From the IMG/VR virus record IMGVR_UViG_3300045988_114292: 12,904 nt of DNA; one strand, written 5' to 3'. Position numbers and translations under genes: made by a program. The DNA is from a virus. Under the pieces are notes generated by a model. That model saw only the letters and a program-made list of their open reading frames with translations. It had not been told where the DNA came from and did no database searches. Below are positions 1-5,758 of this stretch, piece after piece (the first letter of the stretch is position 1; each line of letters opens with the position of its first letter).

Positions 1-13
1 AAACTTGGCAAGA

Positions 14-68
14 CCAACCTGTTAACAAATTGTTAACATTCCCCCAACCTGTTCATATTTTGTTCATA
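14..68. repeat. Phased short repeats inside the ITR: CCAACCTGTT x2 (14..23, 44..53), TGTTAACA x2 (20..27, 31..38), TGTTCATA x2 (50..57, 61..68)
   Basis: Read directly. The four TGTTNANA units start at 20, 31, 50 and 61. The intra-pair spacing is 11 bp and the two composite units are 30 bp apart. Mirrored in the right ITR at 12837..12891. Confidence 0.85.
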
Positions 69-111
69 ATTGCAAAACTGGCATGATTCTTGCTAGGTAA
101 CTACAACATTA

Positions 112-126
112 AATTGTCTGACAATT
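112..126. promoter_or_regulatory. Perfect 15-bp palindrome AATTGTC-T-GACAATT (operator-like) inside the ITR
   Basis: Read directly. A degenerate second copy, AATTGTC-A-GAATATT, lies at 175..189 just upstream of the ITR promoter. Function is inferred only. Confidence 0.35.
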
Positions 127-198
127 ATTCATTTAACAAGCTAGATCCTGTCATGTGTATCTTACAATTTAATTAATTGTCAGAATATTATATTTCTG

Positions 199-227
199 TT
201 GACATTTTAGTTCATATGGACTATAAT
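199..227 (+). promoter_or_regulatory. Consensus sigma-70/sigma-A promoter TTGACA-17 nt-TATAAT in the left ITR, firing inward
   Basis: TTGACA at 199..204, a 17-nt spacer at 205..221, and TATAAT at 222..227. Both hexamers match consensus exactly. The expected TSS is near 234, upstream of the early genes. Confidence 0.75.
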
Positions 228-302
228 AAACTCAACAAATCAATACAGCGCAGCCGACAGGCGGGAGGGTGAAGATACAGAGTATATATTGGAAAAGAAC
301 TT

Positions 303-491
303 ATGAGTATTGAAACAAGTTGGGGTTATATGTATACTCTTTATAAGGAGTATAATGGAGCAAGATACTTTGCTGATGCATATGATGGAACTGATGAGGT
401 TGAGCTTATTAATGCAACAAACGATAAAGAAGATATTGAGTTATTTAAAGAGATTATGAGATTAAAAGAGGAAGAACAGGAGGAACACTAA
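303..491 (+). CDS. Hypothetical small acidic early protein (62 aa)
   Basis: First ORF downstream of the ITR promoter, with an acidic C-terminus (KEEEQEEH). The SD is weak (GGAAAAG). An in-frame ATG at codon 10 is an alternative start. No recognisable motifs. Confidence 0.5.
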   Translation: MSIETSWGYMYTLYKEYNGARYFADAYDGTDEVELINATNDKEDIELFKEIMRLKEEEQEEH

Positions 492-866
492 ATGAAATCA
501 AAATATACAAAAATTAAATACACAAACACTGGGGTAAAAGCCCCGGTAGTGACTCTCATAAAATCCAGTACAGAATTTAACAGGTCAGACATGATAGAAT
601 TAAAATATCCAGAAGTAACAATCATCATAAGGAGAGTTGCACGAAAAACAATGTACAATCGTTCAAAGTCTCTAATAAATGTTAAAGTAGATCATTTTAT
701 TGCCTCATTTCATGTTCATGATACTATTAATGACGCAAGAGTTGTATGTGAAAATCTTTATTTGATCATTAAAAAACCAGAATTAGATTTTCGCATGACA
801 ACTAGGGAATACGATACCATTTATGACTATATGAGGGGAGTATTATACAATGCCAAAGAATCCTAA
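492..866 (+). CDS. Hypothetical early protein (124 aa)
   Basis: AGGAGG at 479..484 lies 7 nt before the ATG, and the ORF directly abuts the stop of the previous ORF. No recognisable motifs. Confidence 0.65.
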   Translation: MKSKYTKIKYTNTGVKAPVVTLIKSSTEFNRSDMIELKYPEVTIIIRRVARKTMYNRSKSLINVKVDHFIASFHVHDTINDARVVCENLYLIIKKPELDFRMTTREYDTIYDYMRGVLYNAKES

Positions 867-1470
867 AATCCCAACCACGTCAAGGGGTCTGAATGTCAAC
901 CCAAACATGCTAACTACGCTGGAGGCTCTACAGCTCCGCAGGCAGCTTGCAAAACGTCTGAATCAGCGTATGCGCAGATTAAAAGCAAAAGGTTTTGATT
1001 CAGAGGTTGGAGGAGCGTATGCAGACTACCAGGACTTGCTTGTAAGATTTTTCCCGGGTAGGTCATCTATTCCAGAAAATCTGGAAAATGAAAAATACAA
1101 GGGATTACCGCGAACTCAGGTGAAAGCCATTCAAAAGATATTGAAAGAAAAGAGCAGCACTGTTCAGGGCTGGCGTGAGATCATAGATCAACGCCAAAAA
1201 ACCCTCAGCACAGAATATGGGATCAAATTTAAATCTAAAGAGGAAATGAAGTTATTTTTTAAGTCTGAGGTATGGTCATGGATGCAACGATTTTATGACA
1301 GTAAACAGACAATTAGAATCATCAGTCATAAACTGGATGATTCTACGGTTTCTGAGATCATAAAAGATCTGGAAAAATTCCGGGAGAGAACTGATCCAGA
1401 TGCAGCTGATACGATAGCAAAACAACTAGGTTTTTCTGGCGAAGCAGAAGCTTTGAAATATAGACCATAG
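850..1470 (+). CDS. Putative terminal protein (replication primer), 206 aa, basic
   Basis: Lies immediately upstream of the protein-primed DNA polymerase, as in phi29 and Cp-1. The N-terminus is basic (MPKNPKIP..., RLNQRMRRLKAKGF), loosely like the phi29 TP N-terminus (MARSPRIRI..., KAKIARTKKKYG) as I recall it. This is a positional and compositional call, not a proven one. Confidence 0.5.
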   Translation: MPKNPKIPTTSRGLNVNPNMLTTLEALQLRRQLAKRLNQRMRRLKAKGFDSEVGGAYADYQDLLVRFFPGRSSIPENLENEKYKGLPRTQVKAIQKILKEKSSTVQGWREIIDQRQKTLSTEYGIKFKSKEEMKLFFKSEVWSWMQRFYDSKQTIRIISHKLDDSTVSEIIKDLEKFRERTDPDAADTIAKQLGFSGEAEALKYRP

Positions 1471-1486
1471 CAAGGGGGGGTAAAGT

Positions 1487-3610
1487 ATGGTAGTCGCAGG
1501 ATATCCAGTTATTTATTTTAAAAACTATGATTATATGCGACTATTCAATGGTGATTTTATCCGGAGATCCAATGCAGGTCATTATCTAGGTGTCTATGAA
1601 AAAATAATAACTGTTGATACGGAAACTTTTGTCTATCTTAACAAAAACATTGGCTTTGTCACGGATTGGACAATCACGATAGAGGATGATTGTTGTATTT
1701 ACGGCAACCATGTTTCTGATCTGATTGATACGATCGACAGGATTTGCACAACTTTACATGCTGACGATAGCCACCTTGTACGCTTTTATGTGCATAACTT
1801 TCCATATGACTATGTTTTTCTTCGTAACCATTTTTTCCAAAAGTGGGGGAATCCTGATAAATCACTGGCTTCTAAGACACATAAATATATTTTTATGAAA
1901 TGGACAGGACAAGGGATTGAGTTTCGTGACAGTCTCATACTCACGCAACGGTCACTTGAGAAGTTATGTAAGGACATGGGAACGACTGAGAAAGCTGTCG
2001 GAACATGGGACTATAAGAAATTTCGAACGCCAGCAAGTCCACGTACAGCAAAAGAAATAGCCTATGTCTGTACGGATACAATAAGTCTATGCAAGGCATT
2101 ACGCAAATACATAGATCAGCGAGGATTTAACGTGGCGAACTGTCCACTGACCAATACAGGCTTTATTCGAACCAATGCCCGCAGAAGATCAAGAAAAGAT
2201 AAGAAATGGCGTAAACAGTTTGAACAAATGTCTTTGACTTTAGAGCAATATGACCAGATGATTGACTGCTATCATGGTGGGTATACGCATGCAAACAGAT
2301 ACTATATTAATCAGCTGATAAAAGATCCTGTTGAATGTTATGATTTCGCAAGTTCATACATTGCTTGGATGTGCTATTGTAAATTTCCAATGTCAAAATT
2401 TTGTTATACAAACAACATAACATTAAAAGACATTATGGAACTGAAAGAGGATTATGCTTTTTCTGGCTATATAAGGCTTAAAAATCTGAGATTGAAAAAA
2501 GAGTGTCCTATGCCCCCGCTTGCTTTCTCAAAAGCAAAAGTGTGTGTTTTCCCGGAGGCAAAAAGCAAAAAAGAACAGTTTCACGACAATCTGGATAATG
2601 GCAAGATCATTAATGCTAATCTTGTCATATATCCATTTACGGATCCAGATTTAGAAGTTATCCTGTCAAGCTATGATTATGAATGGGCTGACGTCTCAAA
2701 GGTCATGAGAGCGACAAAGGACTACTTACCAGAGTGGTTCACTGATTACTTAATGGAGTTGTTTTTTAAAAAATGCACCCTTAAAGGTCTGGACGAAGCA
2801 AACTACATGATCTCAAAAGGTGAGTTAAACGGCATGTACGGAATGACTGTACAAAGAATTATACAGGTTTTATGCACTGAGTTAATGGAGTCTGGAAAGT
2901 GGGAAGCAAAAGAACCGGAGGACAGAGAAAAAGAACTTGAAAAATTCTACCGGAATAAGAATAGCTTTATGCCCTACCAGTGGGGGGTTTTTATTACGGC
3001 CTATGCACAGGATTATCTTTTCCGGTTAGGATCATGCTGCCGGAGATGGCTGTATTCTGATACAGATTCCGTAAAGGGTACAGAGTGGGATCATGATAAA
3101 CTGGATGCATTTAATCACTTCATTGTTGAAATGTCGCAAAAAAGAAACATCGGAGTAGTTGAGTATAATGAAAAAATATTCCGGGTTGGTATTGCTGAAT
3201 TTGACGGAATATACAGTGAGTTTATAACGATGGGTAGCAAGCGGTATTGCTACCGGTTGAAAAAGGATGCATCCTTGCATCTGACAGTCGCAGGAGTTCC
3301 AAAAGAGGGGATCTATTGTCTTGATGATGACATCACAAATTTCCGAAAAGGGTTTATATTTAAGAATGACTTGACATTCCGTAGGAACTACCGCAGGGCG
3401 AATGATTGGCAAGATCCCAAGTGGAAAATGAAAACAGAATATATTTTTAATGAGGGTATTCATGAGGTGACTATTGATGGATGCAAGATTGAGTATGGTT
3501 GTGTCATCCGATTAACTGATACAGAGTATGAATTGGATCACACGATTCCGTATGATAAAGAAACAGGCCTGCCAATACCATTTGAAATGGAAGATACAGT
3601 ATATGAATAA
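1487..3610 (+). CDS. Family B DNA polymerase, protein-primed (phi29 gp2-like), 707 aa
   Basis: Motifs read from the translation:
- Exo I: VDTETF (D44/E46).
- Exo II: HNFPYD (N104/D108).
- Exo III: YVCTD (Y193/D197).
- Pre-A: YHGGYT.
- Motif A: YDFASSY (D286).
- Motif B: KGELNGMYG (K444).
- Motif C: YSDTDS (D525/D527).
- KxY: SKRY (K585/Y587).
A G-rich SD precedes the ATG. Confidence 0.95.
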   Translation: MVVAGYPVIYFKNYDYMRLFNGDFIRRSNAGHYLGVYEKIITVDTETFVYLNKNIGFVTDWTITIEDDCCIYGNHVSDLIDTIDRICTTLHADDSHLVRFYVHNFPYDYVFLRNHFFQKWGNPDKSLASKTHKYIFMKWTGQGIEFRDSLILTQRSLEKLCKDMGTTEKAVGTWDYKKFRTPASPRTAKEIAYVCTDTISLCKALRKYIDQRGFNVANCPLTNTGFIRTNARRRSRKDKKWRKQFEQMSLTLEQYDQMIDCYHGGYTHANRYYINQLIKDPVECYDFASSYIAWMCYCKFPMSKFCYTNNITLKDIMELKEDYAFSGYIRLKNLRLKKECPMPPLAFSKAKVCVFPEAKSKKEQFHDNLDNGKIINANLVIYPFTDPDLEVILSSYDYEWADVSKVMRATKDYLPEWFTDYLMELFFKKCTLKGLDEANYMISKGELNGMYGMTVQRIIQVLCTELMESGKWEAKEPEDREKELEKFYRNKNSFMPYQWGVFITAYAQDYLFRLGSCCRRWLYSDTDSVKGTEWDHDKLDAFNHFIVEMSQKRNIGVVEYNEKIFRVGIAEFDGIYSEFITMGSKRYCYRLKKDASLHLTVAGVPKEGIYCLDDDITNFRKGFIFKNDLTFRRNYRRANDWQDPKWKMKTEYIFNEGIHEVTIDGCKIEYGCVIRLTDTEYELDHTIPYDKETGLPIPFEMEDTVYE

Positions 3611-3680
3611 AAGAAATGTTATAAATATGTAATACTTTTGTAACATAAATAAGTTAAAATATAGACAGGAGGTGTAAACT

Positions 3681-3794
3681 ATGAAAAAGTTCTGGAGGGA
3701 AAACAAAGAAGATTTGAGTACACTTTTCTGGACTTGCATTACTTTTGCGTGCATGTTTGCAGGCTGTCAAGTCTGGATGCTGTTAGGTGATTAA
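3681..3794 (+). CDS. Small hydrophobic protein, 37 aa (MKKFWRENKEDLSTLFWTCITFACMFAGCQVWMLLGD), not in the ORF track
   Basis: AGGAGGTG at 3667..3674 lies 6 nt before the ATG at 3681, and the stop TAA is at 3792..3794. One predicted transmembrane-like segment. Hand-translated. Confidence 0.55.
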   Translation: MKKFWRENKEDLSTLFWTCITFACMFAGCQVWMLLGD

Positions 3795-3809
3795 GGAGGT
3801 GAGGGAAAA

Positions 3810-3947
3810 ATGATTGATATGTCAGAGATCTATGAAACATTGCGAACAAGCAGCCTGCGAAAAGTAACCTATGAGGATGATGAGATCAGTATCGTAGCTT
3901 ACAAGGTAGGAAAAATCATTAGAATTGATGTAAAGGAGATAAAATAA
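3810..3947 (+). CDS. Small protein, 45 aa (MIDMSEIYETLRTSSLRKVTYEDDEISIVAYKVGKIIRIDVKEIK), not in the ORF track
   Basis: AAGGAGGTGAGGG lies just upstream of the ATG at 3810, and the stop TAA at 3945..3947 is 1 nt before the next gene's ATG. The tight packing supports a real gene. Confidence 0.55.
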   Translation: MIDMSEIYETLRTSSLRKVTYEDDEISIVAYKVGKIIRIDVKEIK

Positions 3948-3948
3948 A

Positions 3949-4248
3949 ATGTTAAAATCAAATGTAAAAATCATATGCAGGCCTTATTCTGGAAACTCAA
4001 AAACAAAAGCTTTTATTGATCTGGAACTAGACGGAACACTTGTAATTAAGGGGTTGACGTTGGTTGAGGGAAAAAACGGACTTTTCCTGTCATTCCCAAG
4101 CACAAAGGGAAAAGACAGCAAATACTACAATTCCGTTTATTCGTTGGATAAAGAGTGGGCAAAGCTTTTGCAGGATGCATGTGTGAAAAAGTATAATGAA
4201 TGTAACCAGAGTTCTCAGTCTGCATCCTCCGGAGGTGGATTTCGATAA
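3949..4248 (+). CDS. spoVG: SpoVG-family nucleic-acid-binding protein homologue (99 aa)
   Basis: KAFIDLELDGTLVIKGLTLVEGKNGLFLSFPSTKGKDSKYYNSVYSLDKEWAKLLQDACVKKY follows the SpoVG pattern recalled from Bacillus ([41 protein letters not shown]...R..IQDAVL.EY). AAGGAG SD. The stop overlaps the next start (TAATG). Confidence 0.75.
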   Translation: MLKSNVKIICRPYSGNSKTKAFIDLELDGTLVIKGLTLVEGKNGLFLSFPSTKGKDSKYYNSVYSLDKEWAKLLQDACVKKYNECNQSSQSASSGGGFR

Positions 4249-5294
4249 TGAATATCTACGATAAAAATGGCTGGCTGGACGTTCCAAGGATCGTCCAGCT
4301 TGCCAACAGAAACAACATTAATTTTATCTTTATCATTGGAGCCAGAAGAACCGGAAAAACATATGGCATTTTTCAACACTTTATTAATGATGTATTTTCC
4401 AAAAATGAGAAGATCATCTACATGAGGCGTACAAAAGAGCAGCTCACAAAAGTCTTTCTTCCGGAATTTGATCCATGGATTGACATTAATAAGGACATGA
4501 ACAGGTTTTTCCATTTTGAGAAACCACGAGGGGAATATGGACGTATCAAGATCGTAGAGCAGATTGAGGAAGAGGAAGTATATAGAGGTGAGGCTTTTTG
4601 TCTCACCTCTATGCATAATAACCGTGGTTTCTCTGGATCTGATTTTTCAGAGGGCATTTATGATGAGTTTATCCCGGAAAGGATTGCTAAGTCAATCAGT
4701 GGGGAGGATGATGCTTTTTTAAACGCTGTTGAAACCATCTCAGCAAACAGGGAGTTGCAAGGTAAGAAACCATTCCGCTGGTGGTTGGCCTCCAACTCCA
4801 ACACGTTGGATAATCCGATTGTGCAGGCTTTTGGATTGCTTCCGATCTTGGAGCGAATGAAAAAGAACAAGCAGGAGTTTTCCATGTTGAAAGAACGTGG
4901 TATCATTTTAGTCTTAATCAATGATTCCCCAATTTCAGAAAAGAAAAAAGACACTGCTTTGTATCGTGCTTTATCGGGTGATACAGACTTTGCAAAGATG
5001 GCTCTGTCAAATGAGTTTGCATATGATGATCTTTCCGCTATCCGATCAGAGGATATCCGGCAATACAAGCTTATTTGTGTGATTGGAAAAGTTGCGATTT
5101 ACGAGCATAAGTCAAAAGCTCATTTGTATGTGTCAGATCATATTTCTGGCAGTTGTAAAGACGTGTTTGAAGATAGCCAGCATGGAAAAGATCAGTTCCA
5201 TTGCTTTTATAGCTGGGTTGATAGCTATCGTCTGACAAATAGAATCAGTTATCAGAATATTTCTGTAAAATTCTATATTGACAAACTATTTTAA
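4248..5294 (+). CDS. DNA encapsidation (packaging) ATPase, phi29 gp16-like, 348 aa
   Basis: Walker A is IIGARRTGKTY (phi29 VIGARGIGKSY). IIYMRRTKEQL resembles phi29 FIYVRRYKPEL. Walker B is GIYDEFIPE (phi29 IVFDEFI). WLASNSNTLDNP resembles phi29 CLSNAVSVVNP. GGAGGTGG SD. Confidence 0.9.
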   Translation: MNIYDKNGWLDVPRIVQLANRNNINFIFIIGARRTGKTYGIFQHFINDVFSKNEKIIYMRRTKEQLTKVFLPEFDPWIDINKDMNRFFHFEKPRGEYGRIKIVEQIEEEEVYRGEAFCLTSMHNNRGFSGSDFSEGIYDEFIPERIAKSISGEDDAFLNAVETISANRELQGKKPFRWWLASNSNTLDNPIVQAFGLLPILERMKKNKQEFSMLKERGIILVLINDSPISEKKKDTALYRALSGDTDFAKMALSNEFAYDDLSAIRSEDIRQYKLICVIGKVAIYEHKSKAHLYVSDHISGSCKDVFEDSQHGKDQFHCFYSWVDSYRLTNRISYQNISVKFYIDKLF

Positions 5295-5307
5295 AAACAA
5301 CTATAAT
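5278..5307 (+). promoter_or_regulatory. Consensus promoter TTGACA-18 nt-TATAAT (candidate late promoter)
   Basis: TTGACA at 5278..5283 and TATAAT at 5302..5307. It spans the ATPase stop codon and sits upstream of the structural and lysis gene block. Confidence 0.65.
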
Positions 5308-5417
5308 AGAGGCAGGTCAACGTGGCTACATCGACCGCCGGAAGCGGATGCCATGGGATGATTACCCGGAAGCGTTGGCCTATTTTAATTTCACTTCCGG
5401 CAGAAAAGGAGATAAAC

Positions 5418-5744
5418 ATGAAAGTAGATCAGATTTTAGAACTCGGAAAACTTGGCTTTACAAAAAATGAGATCATGGGAATTATGAACGCACAGAACAT
5501 GTCCGGACTTGGACAGATTCCTCCACAGCAGATTCCTCCACAGCAGATTCCTCCACAGCAGATTCCTCCACAGCAGAATCCTACGGGTCTGGGACAGGAT
5601 GCAACCAGTGCAGCTCTGATGACAGCCATCAATACGTTAACTGCTACTTTACAGGCTGGCAACCTGTCAGCATCTGGAAAAACCGGAACAACACAGCGTA
5701 CATCTGACAACGTGGCAGAGGATCTTATGAAGCTTATGAATTAG
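5418..5744 (+). CDS. Putative scaffolding protein (108 aa) with a Pro/Gln repeat linker
   Basis: AAGGAG at 5406..5411 lies 6 nt before the ATG at 5418. The track's start at 5322 is a GTG with no SD. The gene sits immediately upstream of the major capsid gene, as phi29 gp7 does. Predicted helical ends flank (QIPPQ)x4. The functional call is positional. Confidence 0.55.
   Translation: MKVDQILELGKLGFTKNEIMGIMNAQNMSGLGQIPPQQIPPQQIPPQQIPPQQNPTGLGQDATSAALMTAINTLTATLQAGNLSASGKTGTTQRTSDNVAEDLMKLMN
5514..5573 (+). repeat. Perfect tandem repeat (CAGATTCCTCCACAG)x4 plus a degenerate fifth unit, encoding (QIPPQ)n
   Basis: Read directly: units at 5514..5528, 5529..5543, 5544..5558 and 5559..5573, then CAGAATCCT. 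Confidence 0.95.
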
Positions 5745-5758
5745 GGAGGTGTAAAATA

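Larger units (their letters stand above)
1..249. repeat. Left inverted terminal repeat (ITR), 249 bp, perfect reverse complement of 12656..12904
   Basis: Hand alignment: the reverse complement of 12656..12904 equals 1..249. Identity breaks at 250 (g) versus the complement of 12655 (t). The terminus is 5'-AAAC, giving the 3'-TTT reiteration used for sliding-back in protein-primed replication. Confidence 0.97.

Noticed and set aside
263-271. Orphan SD-like GGGAGGGTG just past the ITR boundary
   Set aside because: No start codon in a usable frame lies within 5-12 nt. The first ORF ATG is 32 nt away. Probably coincidental, or part of the truncated ITR-ORF remnant.
3616-3646. AT-rich hairpin (ATGTTA ... 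TAACAT) after the polymerase as a terminator, and TTGTAA-16-TATAGA as a middle promoter
   Set aside because: The stem has only 6-7 A/T-rich pairs and a 17-nt loop, and no T-tract follows. The -10 lacks the invariant final T. Too weak to call.
5322-5417. GTG-initiated N-terminal extension of the scaffold-like ORF (track start 5322)
   Set aside because: There is no SD before 5322, whereas AAGGAG sits 6 nt before the ATG at 5418. The extension covers the GC-rich structured leader and translates to an atypical sequence.
5514-5573. Direct repeats as a possible CRISPR array or other array
   Set aside because: The units are contiguous 15-nt repeats with no spacers, and they are in frame within a CDS. 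This is a coding tandem repeat.
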